This document shows positions 1 to 13,114 of a stretch of DNA of 64,000 nt, one piece after another (the first letter of the stretch is position 1; the number at the start of each line of letters is the position of its first letter). This stretch comes from Octopus sinensis (Eukaryota), in the NCBI RefSeq assembly GCF_006345805.1, contig NC_043010.1, forward strand, positions 52,452,001 through 52,516,000. The letters are read 5' to 3'. Position numbers and translations under genes: made by a program. Under the pieces are notes generated by a model that saw nothing but the letters and a program-made list of their open reading frames with translations, was not told the DNA's origin and did not search any database.

Positions 1-251
1 GGGTCGATTTGCTCGACTAAAGGTGGTGCTCCATCATGACCTCAATCAAATGACTGAAACAACTAAAAATATAATAAAAAGACAGTGGGCGAGAAAGACG
101 GACAGACAGACAGATAGGCTGATATTTTTCACTCGTAATGAAGCCTATATGAGGCTCTACATTAATTCTAACAGAAATTTCCATAGGTGACGTTAATGTT
201 TTGCACCATAAAGAAGCGAGAAACAAATGTGATCTTCGCTCTTATAATAAA

Positions 252-648
252 CTAGCAGTATCGCCCGGCGTTGCTCGGGTTTGTAAGGGAAATAACTATA
301 TAGGCATTTTTAGAGAGTTATAGCCAAAAGATAGGAAAAACATGGAAAAAAAATTATGGTAAATTTTTTTTAAATCGTTGACTCATCGTAGACATGTTTA
401 GAAAGTTATTTCCCTTATATAATGGCGAAAAAATGCATTAAAATGGGAAAATATGATGGTAAATTTTTTTTTAAATCGTAGACTCATCGTAGACTCATCG
501 TAGACGCGCGCTAATACCCAGAAGGGCTCGATATGAATCACGACTATAAGATACCCGGTTTTGGTTAAACTGCACCGCAAAATGTGGGAGTAGTTAGGAA
601 TCTAAATCGTAGGAGACAGACACACAACTTGACTTTTATATATAAAGA
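252..648 (-). mobile_element. Non-autonomous Helitron
   Basis: On the minus strand it starts TC(TTTATATATAAAAG) and ends with the hairpin CCCG-AGCAACGC-CGGG followed by CTAG. It is inserted between A and T with no TSD, the canonical Helitron termini. Confidence 0.8.
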
Positions 649-896
649 TAGATTTACACGTCATGATAACATGACAATGCGGGTGTGCACTGATAAAAAA
701 AAAAAAGCAACGGGACATGAATCAAAGGGAGACTACTCTCACTTTTTTAGAAAAGATTAAGATTTCACATTCATACAGGATTACCTCCCTTACAATCATG
801 AGTCATTTGTTTTTTATCCTCTGTTACAAGACTTTTTGAAAAGACTTTCACCTACCAACGCTTCCCCACGTTACAAGTGGTATATTTCTAGCCAAG

Positions 897-1052
897 TGGA
901 GGCGCAATGGCCCAGTGGTTAGGGCAGCGGACTTGCGGTCGTAGGATCGCGGTTTCGATTCCCAGACCGGGCGTTGTGAGTGTTTATTGAGCGAAAACAA
1001 CTAAAGCTCCACGAGGCTCCGGCAGGGATGGTGGTGATCCCTGCTGTACTCT
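897..1052 (+). mobile_element. tRNA-derived SINE (octopus OR-like), truncated
   Basis: Head GGAGGCGCAATGGCCCAGTGGTTAGGGCAGCGGAC...GGTTTCGATTCCC has A and B boxes. The same head recurs near 1513(-), 10076, 51927(-) and 58092. Confidence 0.8.
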
Positions 1053-1128
1053 TTACACGTCTGCGCGCCTCCACCATTTTCTTTTTTCTTTTATCACACA
1101 TTAAATTCCGATATAATCGTAATCTGTG

Positions 1129-1513
1129 GAAGCACTCCGTCGGTTACGACGATAAGGGTTCCGGTTGATCCGAATCAACGGAACAGCCTGCTCGTGAAAT
1201 TAACGTGTAAGTGGCTGAGCACTCCACAGACACGTGTACCCTTAACGTAGTTCTCAGGGAATATTCAGCGTGACACAGAGAGTGACAAGGCCGGCCCTTT
1301 GAAATACAGGTACAACAGAAACAGGATGTAAGAGTGAGAGAAAGTTGTGGTGAAAGAGTACAGCAGGGATCACCACCATCCCCTGCCGGAGCCTCGTGGA
1401 GCTTTTAGGTGTTTTCGCTCAATAAACACTCACAACGCCCGGTCTGGGAATCGAAACCGCGATCCTATGACCGCGAGTCCGCTGCCCTAACCACTGGGCC
1501 ATTGCGCCTCCAC
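1129..1513 (-). mobile_element. tRNA-derived SINE, near full length
   Basis: Reverse complement of the 897 head. The body is almost identical to 51557-51927. Confidence 0.85.
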
Positions 1514-1717
1514 CAATCGTAATCTATACACCTTCTGAAAGGAATTCGTAAAACATTTCATTAGAAAATATTCATTAAGTTATGAGGAAACAAATTCTTA
1601 GGGGTCCACATTTGTATAGGTATACCAAAGAATGTAACGAAACACCAGAAGTCATTTCGTTCGCTGTTTGACTGGTGTAGTGGAGCAACGAACTAAAACT
1701 CAGCCGATATACCTGTT

Positions 1718-1936
1718 TCTTTATTACACACAAGGGGCTAAACATAGAGGGGACAAACAAGGACAGACATAGGTATTAAGTCGATTATATCGACCCCAGT
1801 GCGTAACTGGCACTTAATTTATCGACCCCGAAAGGATAAAAGGCAAAGTCGACTTCGGCGGAATTTGAACTCACAACGTAACGACAGACGAAATACGGCT
1901 ACGCATTTCGCCCGGCGTGCTAACGTTTCTGCCAGC
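1718..1936 (-). mobile_element. SINE with GCCTTTCATCCTTTCGGGGTCGATAAATTAAGTACCAG core (Meta-domain-like)
   Basis: Reverse complement of the unit repeated many times in this window. Confidence 0.8.
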
Positions 1937-2327
1937 TTTCCACAGCACTCCACTGTTCCGTGTAGGTGAAAATAATACAATTTCTACTATCACACACTCG
2001 GTGACATATCTGTGAATAATAGTACAGCGCATAATGGTCGTGGATTTTTTATAGTATGCGGTTTGAAGTACCCATTTACATTCTAACAGCAGTCGAAATT
2101 TTTTCTCTTACCATTTACCTTTTATATATTTTAATTGCTTCAGTTATTGAACTGTGGCCATGCTGGAGCACCGCGTTGAAGAATTTAGTGGGACCAGTCA
2201 ACCCAAATAATTATTTTAAGGCTGAAACTTATTCTGTCTTGTCCCTTTTGTCGAGTTATTAACTCACGGTGACGTAAACAAACCACCCGTGATCAAGCGG
2301 TGTTGGGGCACAAACACAAATACCATG

Positions 2328-2452
2328 ACACATATATATATACATACATACATACATAAATACATACATACATGCATACATACATACATACATACATACA
2401 TACATACATACATACATACATACGTACATACATACGTACGTACATACATACA

Positions 2453-2486
<34 letters not shown>

Positions 2487-2660
2487 CATACATACATACG
2501 TACGTACGTACATACATACATACATACATACATACATACATACATGCATGCATGCATGCATGCATACATACATACATACATACATACATACGTAAATACA
2601 TACATACATACATACATACCTACATACATACATACATACATACATTTACATACATACAGG
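2328..2660. repeat. (TACA)n/(TGCA)n microsatellite
   Basis: Direct reading. It explains the YIHT/MYVC ORFs. Confidence 0.95.
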
Positions 2661-2885
2661 TAAACAAACATACATATGCTTGCATGTACAAACACACACA
2701 TATAAATATACTATTTTTAGAGCTGAAAAAAAAAATCTTTCACATGCTGTTACTCAGAGCTTCAGGTGACCGTTCATCAAAAGTGTCTTTAACAAAATAC
2801 CATTATACTCTACTTTTGGTATTCCAGTACTTCCACCTTTTTTTTTTACATTTCTTTGCTGACTTGTATGCGTGTGCGTGTGTGT

Positions 2886-2927
<42 letters not shown>

Positions 2928-3111
2928 AGGAAGCCCGTCGTATAAAGGTTGCCATTAATAGCCGACAAGAATGCAACGTAGTTCTTTGCTCCGACATTCG
3001 AAACTCCGAGTTTTATAATGACAACCTTTTACTGTTTGTTCTAAATCATAACATATATAAATAATCCTCTATTTATCTAATATCAAGGCCTCATTCTTTT
3101 GTTGCTACTTT

Positions 3112-3145
3112 TTATTATCATTATTATCATTATTATTATTATTAT

Positions 3146-3191
<46 letters not shown>

Positions 3192-3282
3192 GATGGTGGT
3201 GGTGGTGGTAGTAGTAGTAGTGGTGGTAGTAATAGTAGTAGTAGTAGTGGTGGTGGTGGTGGTGGTGGTGGTGGTGGTGGTT

Positions 3283-3318
<36 letters not shown>

Positions 3319-3320
3319 TT
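3112..3320. repeat. Compound (ATT)/(AGT)/(GGT) trinucleotide microsatellite
   Basis: Direct reading. Confidence 0.9.
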
Positions 3321-3757
3321 GAGTGAGAGAGCAGTGCATGCCATCAAAGTGACACTGGAGTAACAACATATACGAAGACTACTCGTCTGATAAGTGTACA
3401 CCAGGCACGTGCATCACAACCATATGTGCGCGATAATGGTGATTTCATATCAAGATAAACAGCACATGACCTTGCAGCAGGGGGCCCAGTTGGAAATTTT
3501 CTTCTGGTCGAGTAACCCATCCCGCTCAAAAGGTGCCTGAATAAGAGTTGTTTAAGGATGTTTCCAGAGGTGAATTATTCAAACCCCCAAAGATTCCCCA
3601 CTCAACACATGGTTATGATGCTCCCCCCCACCACTACTTCTGCTCGTGATCAGAGATGCACATATCGTCAGCCTCTAAGGGACATGCTCAACTGGTTACG
3701 GTCAAACAACTGACATGCAAATCTGTGGTATTGGTCAGAATATTTGCTGTAGCCCAT
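3320..3757. mobile_element. Interspersed repeat associated with trinucleotide tracts
   Basis: A reverse-complement copy lies at about 47600-48166 (GAGAGAGCAGTGCATGCCATCAAAGTGAC... shared). Confidence 0.7.
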
Positions 3758-3822
<65 letters not shown>

Positions 3823-3968
3823 TTATTATTATTATTATTATTATTACTTTTTTTTCTTCTTTCAAATTTGCTTCCATTTCTTGCCGAGTGTCTTCCCGAC
3901 TCCTAGGACAAAGAAACTCATAGTATACATTGGTAGGCCATTAAACTAAACTCAATAGTTCGTTCATA

Positions 3969-4053
<85 letters not shown>

Positions 4054-4691
4054 CATTATTATTATATACATATAGTGTGTGTGTGTTAGGAAGTATATAT
4101 ATGACGAGCTTCCTAACAGATACCGTTATGTAAATTCAAAACTCAGAGAGCTCGACCTTGTCTTTAATCCTGAGGAGATTGTTGAGATTCTCCCTAATTT
4201 TGGTATAAGACCAACAGTTTTGAAGGGAAGACGATTACATCAACTCCAGTACTTGGCTGGTACTTTATTTTATTGACCTCCGAAAGGATAAACTGAAAAG
4301 TTGTCCCCAGGGTTAGTTGAACGCAAAACAATGAGTCAGACGAAATGCAGCTAGGGTTTTTGTCCAAGATTCTTATTAATCTCCCAGCTCTCTTCATGAA
4401 TAATTCTTTCTGCTGTTGTTGCAAGGCCTGGAAGTTTAGGAGAGGAGGCCAGCGAATTACACCGACACCAGTGTTCAACAGGTACTTATTTCATCGACCC
4501 CGGAAAAATAAAAGGCAAAGTCAATCTCAGCGCAGTTTGAACTCAGAGCTACGAAATGCCGCCAAACATTTTGTTTGGAGTAGTAACGATTCGGCCGGCT
4601 CGCTGCGATGGAGTTGCTGAAATAAATACCATTTATACCAGTCATATACTGAGATCTGTCTATGTTGGAAATCATTATCATTTTTATCACT

Positions 4692-5432
4692 AAGGCGGTG
4701 AGCTGGCAGAATCGTATGCAGACCGGACAAAATGCATAGCGGCATTTCGTCCGTCTTTAAGTTCTGGGTTCAAATTTCGCCAAGGTCGACTCTGCCTTTC
4801 ATCCTTTAGGTTCGATGGCTTGATGTAATCGACTTAACCCTTCCACAAAATTTCAGGCCTTATGCCTATAGTAGAAAAGGATATTTTCTGCGAGCTACAG
4901 AAACGTTAGTACACCGGGCGAAATGCTTAGCGATATTTCATCTGTCTTTACGTTCTGAGTTCAAATTCCGCCGCGGTCGACTTTGTCTTTCATCCTTTTG
5001 GGGTCGATAAATTAAGTACCAGTTGCGTTCTGGGATCGATTAATCGACTGACCACCTCCCCAACAGTTTTGGCCCTTGTGCTTAGTATAGAAAAGACTAT
5101 TTTTTTAAGGCAGCAAGCTGGCAGAAACGTTAGCACGCCGGGCAAAATGCTTAGCGGTATTTCGTCTGCCACTACACTCTGAGTTCAAATTCCACCGAGG
5201 TCGACTTTGCCTTTCATCCTTTCAGGGTCGATGAAATAAGTACCAGTTACGCACTGGCGTCGATATAATCGACTTAATCCGTTTGTCTATCATTGTTTGT
5301 CCCCTCTGTGTGTAGCCCCTTGTGGGCAGTAAAGAAATAGGTATTTTGTCTGTCTTTACGTTCTGAGTTCAAATTCCACCGAGGTTGACTTTGTCTTTCA
5401 TCCTTTTAGGTTCGATAAATTAAGTACCAGTT
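4692..5432 (+). mobile_element. Cluster of Meta-domain-like SINE copies
   Basis: Four consecutive TTCAAATT...GTCGAC/GTTGAC...TTTCATCCTTT units. Confidence 0.8.
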
Positions 5433-5938
5433 GACGTGATGCCTGCATTGTCCAACTAAATGGATTTGCTTGAAACGATCGTACTGAATTACCTCTGGAT
5501 ATCCTTGTTGCTTATTTTGATTATATATATATAATATACATAATACAAAGTGAGATAGGGGTTATGAGTGTAACCCACTATGGGATATCATTTATCCAAT
5601 ATACTGCCAGTAAAGTACCCAGAAGGCTAATACATAAATGCTAAGAGTTGCAATGCAATTAATTCATTTATTGTATTATATGGACGAAGGCAAAATGTTT
5701 TACCTCAAATTCATAATACAAAATAAGAAAATGGAGTAATAGATTTATTTCAATCATCAACTTCCAGATAATACCTATTCATATAATTTATTTAGATTAA
5801 ATATAATCTAAATAATTAGTTAATAAATTATATGAATTGGTATTATCTGGAAGTTGATAATCTATTCCTCCATTTTCTTATTTTGTATATAATATACATA
5901 CATACATACATACATACATACATACATACATACATACA

Positions 5939-5972
<34 letters not shown>

Positions 5973-6079
5973 CACGAGGTTATTAATCTCGGTATGCCTA
6001 AGCTACATATACACATACACGCAAACGTAAGCAGAGATTATATATACACATACGTCTGTGTGTGAACGTGTGTGTGTGA

Positions 6080-6110
<31 letters not shown>

Positions 6111-6365
6111 TGTGTGCGTGCGTGTGTGCGTGTATTGAAGAGGGAAAGCAAAGTATCAACTACTACAAATAATGATCCTGAGACAAAAGGGTGACAGAAA
6201 GGATTAAAAGTAAACTTTAAAAAAAAGGTCGAGAGCAGAGAGAGAGAGAGGGTGGTGGGAGATAAATAATAAAACGTGGAAGTGGAAGAAGGATTACTGC
6301 TCTGTCTAACATAAGGATTGTTTGTTCGTCTGTTTTGCGTGTCAGTAGGTCAAACGTTTTATATG

Positions 6366-7584
6366 CAGGGTGACCAACAAGTAGGTTTACAGTCATTACG
6401 TAAGCACTTTAGATTTCTTTTAAAACATTTTATTACATTTAAATTTCTATGTTAAGGGAGCTTGACAAAATTAACTAAGTTAACTAATAGAATAAATGTT
6501 TCGAAGGCGGCGAGCTGGTAGAAACGTTAGCACGTTGGGTGAAATGCTTAGCGGTATTTCGTCTGCCGTTACGTTCTGAGTTCAAATTCCGCCGAGGTCG
6601 ACTTTGCCTTTTATCCTTTCGGGGCCGATAAATTAAGTACCTGTTACGCACTGGGGTCGATATAATCGACTTAAGCCGCTTGTCTGTCCTTGTTTGTCCC
6701 CTCTGTGTGTAGCCCCTTGTGGGTAGTAAAGAAATAGGTATTTCGTCTGCCGTTACGTTCTGAGTTCAAATTCCGCCGAGGTCGACTTTGCCTTTCATCC
6801 TTTCGGGGTCGATTAAATAAGTACCTGTTACGCACTGGGGTCGATATAATCGACTTAAGCCGCTTGTCTGTCCTTGTTTGTCCCCTCTGTGTGTAGCCCC
6901 TTGTGGGTAGTAAAGAAATAGGTATTTCGTCTGCCGTTACGTTCTGAGTTCAAATTCCGCCGAGGTCGACTTTGCCTTTCATCCTTTCGGGGTCGATAAA
7001 TTAAGTACCAGTTACACACTGGGGTCGATGTAATCGACTTAATACCTATGTCTGTCCTTGTTTGTCCGCTCTGTGTTTAGCCCCTTGTGGGTAATAAAGA
7101 AATAGGTATTTCGTCTGCCGTTACGTTCTGAGTTCAAGTTCCGCCGTGGTCGACTTTGCCTTTCATCCTTTCGGGGTCGATAAATTAAGTACCAGTTACG
7201 CACTGGGGTCGATGTAATCGATTTAATCCCTTTGTGCGTCCTTGTTTGTCCCCTCTGTGTTTAGCCCCTTGTGGGTAGTAAAGAAATAAGAAACGCTAGC
7301 ACGCTGGGCGAAATGCGTAGCCGTATTTCGTCTGAGTTCAAATTCCGCCGTGGTCGACTTTGCCGTTCATCCTTTCGGGGTCGATAAATTAAGTACCAGT
7401 TACGCACTGGGGTCGATGTAATCGACTTAATCCGTTTGTCTGTCCTTGTTTAGCCCCTTGTGGGCAATACAGAAATAAGAATAAAGGTTTCGTATTTTTT
7501 TATAATTAAGATCTAATTTGTTAATATATGAATGAATGCTAAAGAAGTAGTTGAATAACTGTAAACCTACTCTTGGGCCCCACT
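6366..7584. mobile_element. Tc1/mariner-type MITE interrupted by a SINE array
   Basis: Imperfect TIRs CAGGGTGACCAACAAGTAGGTTTACAGT (6366) and ACTGTAAACCTACTCTTGGGCCCCACT (about 7558-7584). Confidence 0.6.
6503..7478 (+). mobile_element. Head-to-tail array of about five Meta-domain-like SINE units (about 183 bp period)
   Basis: Repeated GGTATTTCGTCTGCCGTTACGTTCTGAGTTCAAATTCCGCCGAGGTCGAC...AGCCCCTTGTGGGTAGTAAAGAAATA, flanked by the duplication AGAATAAA(T/G)GTTTCG. Confidence 0.85.
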
Positions 7585-7589
7585 AAACA

Positions 7590-9055
7590 CAGACATGCAG
7601 GAAATGAATAGACACCTTTAATTTTCAAAATCTTTTATTTAATACGCAAAGCGAATAATTGAAATGTAATCGATAGGTAAGACTACATACTTCAGTATTT
7701 AGTTGACATTCCCTTTGCAGTTTTTAATTTCGAAACTCCTTTTGGCATTGAACTGATGAGCTTTGTGATTGTCTCTTGTGGAATTTCTGCCCACTTTTCA
7801 CGCAACAATCGAAACAAGTCATCTTTAGATTTACGTTTCTGTCGAGTTTTTCGTATAGCTCTATCTAGTATGTTCCAAAGATTTTCAATTGGGTTCATGT
7901 CAGGAGATTTGCTCGGCCAAAGAAGCTTTTTGATCCCATTTTCAGTCAGCCATTGTTGATTCTTTTTTCGCTGTGTCTCATGGAGCCTCATCTTCCATAA
8001 ATAAAAACTCATTTTTCGTTATGTTATCGTGTGAATACATTGGGAGTAGTCCTTGCTTAAGTATTTCGATGTATTTTTCAGAGTATTTTTTCCAACACAT
8101 TCGATCAGCTTGGAACGACCATTGCTGGTGACAGCTCCCCATACCATTACAGAGATACCGCCATGTTTCACAGTTGGTTAGAGTCGTTTCAAATCAAATT
8201 CTTGATTGGGAAGCCTCCAGACCTAAAAACCATCCACTGTCTGAAATTAATGCAAATTTGGAAAGTCACTCTATCCCAATATGAACTGGATTTTTTTGAC
8301 ATCTCCTTAGCCCAGTTCTTTCTTTTCATGATATTAATTGGTTGAAGGAGAGATTTTCTTCTAGCTGCTTGTCCATAATACCCAAGCTTATGCAGATATG
8401 TAGCAGAAACGTTAGCACGTTGGGTGAAATGCGTAGCCGTATTTCGTCTGTCGTTACGTTCTAAGTTCAAATTCCGTCGAGGTCGACTTTGCCTTTCATC
8501 CTTTCGGGGTCGATAAATTAAGTACCAGTTACGCACTGGGATCGATCTCATCAACTTAACGCGTTTGTCTGTCCTTGTTTGTCCCCTCTGTGTTTAGCCC
8601 CTTGTGGGTAGTAAAGAAATAGATATGTAGCACATGTTCTTGGACTAACTTCTAGCTGTTTTGCAATGTCAGAAGCCTTCGAACGGGATTTGTTTTCCAC
8701 AATTATCTTCAAACAGTGAAGCTTCTTTTCCGAGGGCCCAGATCGGCCGGGACGAGAATCTGTTGATTCTTTTCCCTGGCTTTGAATTGCAAGAGAAATT
8801 TGAAGATTTTGAGCAATTTTTCGCTGGCTAAGAGCAGCCTCAGATTGCCCAACAATACGACCTCTTTGAAAATCTGATAGTTCTGCTGAATTTTTTGTGC
8901 GTGGCATGGTTCCTCTTCGCAAATGTTTAATATAATGGCAACTGGAATGAAAAAAAAATAATTACATTGTAAATTCTACACCGCTGAAAACATATTAAGA
9001 CGCTTATATTAGAAATTTTGAATATTGAAGCTGTCTATTTACTTCCTGATGTCTG
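7590..9055 (-). mobile_element. Degenerate Tc1-family transposon with transposase pseudogene
   Basis: TIRs CAGACATGCAGGAAATGAATAGACAC and GTCTATTTACTTCCTGATGTCTG. Peptides MPRTKNSAELSDFQRGRIVG (HTH) and WPSKSPDMNPIENLW...GMSTKY. A SINE is inserted at about 8400-8625 with TSD AGATATGTAGCA. Confidence 0.9.
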
Positions 9056-9258
9056 TGTATATACACAGTTATTGTTTGCTATATACCGACCGCAATAAGC
9101 ATTGATAAGCCAGACGAGGTTGCAGGCCGTCGTGACATTACCACAGCGTGAGACACAAACAATTTGTTTTGTATTTTCATGAAAGTTACGCAATTTCATA
9201 TAGACAATAATACAACACACACAAATGAACCGTGCGCTCGCGGACAAACACACTCACG

Positions 9259-9292
<34 letters not shown>

Positions 9293-9590
9293 CTAACAAA
9301 CATGCACATACACACAGATAAACACATATGCGCTCCCCCCTCACACACTTATACACACACATGTCCTCATATATTTAACATTATACAATTTCATGTTAAA
9401 CAAGAATGTAAATGTGTGTGTGTGAGTGTGAATATGTGTGTGTGTGTGTGTGTTTGTACACTATGTGAATATGTTTATCATTCTATATTTCTGTCCGTCT
9501 GTCTGTGTCTTTATCTATCTGTCTGCCAGCCTGTCTACATGTGAGTATTTATGTATATAAACATATACATGTACACACACACACACACAC

Positions 9591-9675
<85 letters not shown>

Positions 9676-9871
9676 ATGTATATATATATGTGTGTGTATA
9701 TATGTATATATATATATATATATATAATATATATATGTATATATGTATATATATAGTAAATCCAAAAGAAGAACGAAGGATTTCCATCGCATTCTTCAGG
9801 TGGGGTCCTTAGTTTTTGTAAGAGCAAGAGAAAAGTTTTTTGTGAAGGATCCCTACCCCCTCTCTCTCTCT

Positions 9872-9930
<59 letters not shown>

Positions 9931-10075
9931 GTTGTCAGTGTATTCCAAAATTCTATCCAGCTGAAGAAACCAACTGATCCACTGTACTAACCGCCATCAT
10001 AGGGGCAAGAATGGCCTGCACATTGGAAGGCAAACGGGGAAAGAAGAGCTGTTCAAGCATAGAGTTGTCCCCTAT

Positions 10076-10352
10076 GCGCAATGGCCCAGTGGTTAGGGCA
10101 GCGGACTCGCGGTCGGTGGATCGCGGTTTCGATTCCCAGACCGGGCGTTGTGTGTGTTTATTGAGCGAAAACACCTAAAGCTCCACGAGGCTCTGGCAGG
10201 AGGTGGGCGACCCCTGTTGTACTCTTTCGCCCCAACTTTCTCTCACTCTCTCTTCTTGTTTCTTGAGTAACTGCGATGGACTGGCGTCCCGTCCAGCTGG
10301 GGTGGGGGGACACATACGCCACAGAAACCGGGAAACCGGGCCCATCAGTCTG
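10076..10352 (+). mobile_element. tRNA-derived SINE
   Basis: Same head as 897. It lies about 120 nt upstream of the Vax exon acceptor. Confidence 0.8.
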
Positions 10353-10474
10353 GCTAGGCTTGAAAAGGGCGCAAAAAGAAAAAAGAAATATCGACGACGC
10401 CATTTTCTAACGACTGCAATCTAAACAGCTCCAAAGAAATAAATGAATAAATAAATACCTTCTTTTCCTTGCAG

Positions 10475-10662
10475 ACGCCAATGGTGTAATACGAGAACTC
10501 GTCTTCCCTAAAGCACTCGACCTGGACCGGCCTAAAAGATCTCGAACTACTTTTTCTAAAGAACAGCTGTATTTCCTGGAAGAAGAGTTCCAACGAAAAC
10601 AATATATGGTTGGCAAAGAGAGATCTCAACTTGCAAAACGTCTTTGTCTGACAGAAACACAA
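10475..10662 (+). CDS. Vax: Vax (ventral anterior homeobox) internal coding exon, homeodomain N-terminal part
   Basis: Acceptor cttttccttgcag| and donor |gtaagc bound a 188-nt exon. It encodes (D)[62 protein letters not shown], matching the Vax-diagnostic [20 protein letters not shown] motif. Confidence 0.93.
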
Positions 10663-11082
10663 GTAAGCTATTATACTTTTCAATCTACGTATATACTGAT
10701 GATGTCTATTGTGGCAGAAACTTATAACCATAGCTGTCCGCTTGTTTTTTTGACAATTGACTGGCTTTTCCTTAATGGTATGCGAGCTGGAAGAAATGTT
10801 AGAACGCCGGCGAAATGTGTAGCAGTATTTCGTCTTTCTTTACGTTCTGAGTTCAAATTCAATCGAGGTCGACTTTGCTTTTCATCCTTTCGGGGCCGAT
10901 AAATTAAGTACCATTTGCGTACTAGGTTCGATCTAATCGACTGGCCGCCCCCTCCCCAAAAGTTTCGGGCCTTGTGCCTAGAGTAGAAAAGTATGTATGT
11001 ATGTATGTATGTATGTATGTATGTATGTATGTATGTATGCATGTATGTATGTATGCGTGTGTGTGTATATGTATGTATATAT

Positions 11083-11084
<2 letters not shown>

Positions 11085-11113
<29 letters not shown>

Positions 11114-11305
11114 GGCGGGGATGTGTATGTGTGTGTGTGTGGATGTACATATGTTAGTTGGTAGGGAAGTATAGTTTGGCGTGTGTGTGCAAGAGCTCCG
11201 AGCTGACCAATTCCCTCTGAGTAAATTTGGTTGGTAGGAACTCAGAAAAAGCTCTACATGTATGTGTATGTGTGGTGTGTGTGCGCGCGCGCGGGCGGGG
11301 ATGTG

Positions 11306-11337
<32 letters not shown>

Positions 11338-11370
11338 CGCGCGCGGGCGGGGATGTGTATGTGTGTGTGT

Positions 11371-11410
<40 letters not shown>

Positions 11411-11421
11411 CGGGCGGGGAT

Positions 11422-11468
<47 letters not shown>

Positions 11469-11575
11469 CGGGCGGGGATGTGTATGTGTGTGTGTGTGTG
11501 TGTGTGTGTTGTGTGTGTGTGTGTGTGTGTGCGCGCGCGCGGGCGGGGATGTGTATGTGTGTGTGTGTGTGTGTT
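11085..11575. repeat. Minisatellite (TG)n-(CG)n-GGGCGGGGATGTGTA, 6 copies
   Basis: Direct reading, inside the Vax intron. Confidence 0.9.
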
Positions 11576-11832
11576 GATTATATTTTTTATGAAGCCACAT
11601 CATTGTCACTTATAAGAAATGATACAAGTTGACATTTTGTCCTTTGACTTTGTAATTCAATATTCTGGGGTTAGACCACCTTCTTCATGAAATTTTGGGA
11701 GAAAGGGCATTGTGAGCTGACTCCCCTGTTCTGTAGAAAAACGGGTCCAAACTCTGAAATATTATTTCTTATAACGTGCATGGTTTTGGCTTTATACAAA
11801 GCTAATGAAAAACCTGCTCGATATTAGCGTAC

Positions 11833-12215
11833 TTTTACTCTTTTACTTGTTTAAGTCATTTGACTGTGGCCATGCTGGAGCATCACCTTTAGTCGAGCAA
11901 ATCGACCCAAAGACTTAGTCTTTGTAAGCCTAGTACTTATTCTATCGGTCACTTTTGCCGAACCGCTAAGTTACGAGGGCATAAACAAACCAGCATCGGT
12001 TGTGAAGCGATGTTGGGGGTACAAACAGACATACAAACTTATGCACACACATACCTATACATATACGACAGGCTTCTTTCAGTTTCCGTCTACCAAATCC
12101 ACTCACAAAGCATTGGTCGGCCCGAGGCTATAGTAGAAGATACTTGCCCAAGGTGCCACGCAGTGGGTCTGAACCCGGGACCATGTGGTTGGTAAGCAAG
12201 CTACTTACCACACAG
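11833..12215 (-). mobile_element. CORE-like tRNA SINE (CCTTGGGCAAGT core)
   Basis: The same family occurs at about 27524-27950(+), 33600-34000(-), 40545-40950(+), 41078-41470(-), 41530-41945(+), 42495-42902(-), 46520-46890(-) and 60415-60785(+). Confidence 0.85.
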
Positions 12216-12670
12216 CATCTTTTTATTTTTTATCTTTTACTTGTTTCAGTCATCTGACTGCGGCCATGGTGGGGCAGTGCCTTGAGGAATTTTAGTCAAT
12301 TAAATCGACCCCAGTACTTCTTTTTTCAAGCCTGGTACTTATTCGCTTTATCTCTTTGCCGAACCGCTAAGTTACGGGGACGTAAACACACCAACACCAC
12401 TTGTCAAGCAGTAGTGGGGAAAAACACAGATACAAAGACGCACACGCACATGCACGCACGCACGCTGACAGACTGGTAGATAGATGCATGTTATAAGAAA
12501 TATTTTAGGGTTAAGGCTCTTTTTTTCTACAAAAGAGAGAAGTCAGCTCACAGCGCCCTTTCACCAAAGATTTCCTGAAGAAGGTGGTCTAACCCCAAAA
12601 TATTGAAATACAAGGTCAAAGTAAGAACCATCATCTTGTATTATTTGTCATAACTTGAAGGCAAACAATA

Positions 12671-12941
12671 CTTCCTTAATGCCGGTTCCCATATGCTGCA
12701 CACATCTACACTCGGTCTGCTTAGGAGGTTGTCGTGTCCTAGCATATGTGCTGCCTCTTTTAGTTTTCGTATTTTCCAGTGGTGTTCTCTGTGTATTATT
12801 TTAACTTCATCCCACAGGTGATGAAGTTAAATACGAAAATACGAAAACTAAAAGAAGCAGCACATATACTAGGACACAACAACCTCTTAAGCAGACCGAG
12901 TGCAGATATGAGCAGCAATATGGGAACCGGTATTAAGGAAA
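12671..12941. mobile_element. Penelope-like element 3' end in inverted (fold-back) arrangement
   Basis: Two inverted copies encode a GIY-YIG C-terminus-like peptide, EVKIIHREHHWKIRKLKEAAH.LGH.NLLSRPS.. Confidence 0.7.
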
Positions 12942-12980
12942 GATAGAAAAATATTAGATTTATAAGCCCTAAAATTCACT

Positions 12981-13049
12981 CCATATGGTGTAGTGGTTAA
13001 GAGCGCGGGCTACTAACCTCAAGATTCCGAGTTCGATTCCAAGCAGTGA

Positions 13050-13114
<65 letters not shown>

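Noticed and set aside
897-975. tRNA genes (also 12981, 17300, 32060, 48838, 58092)
   Set aside because: They have A/B boxes but no complete cloverleaf and run on into shared SINE bodies.
3099-3326. Ser/Gly-rich ORF resembling the B2 tail
   Set aside because: Pure compound microsatellite with no ATG start, no CCRR head and no shared flanks.
1-10474. Vax exon 1
   Set aside because: No ORF ending in a phase-1 donor with a plausible N-terminus was found. It is probably upstream of the window.
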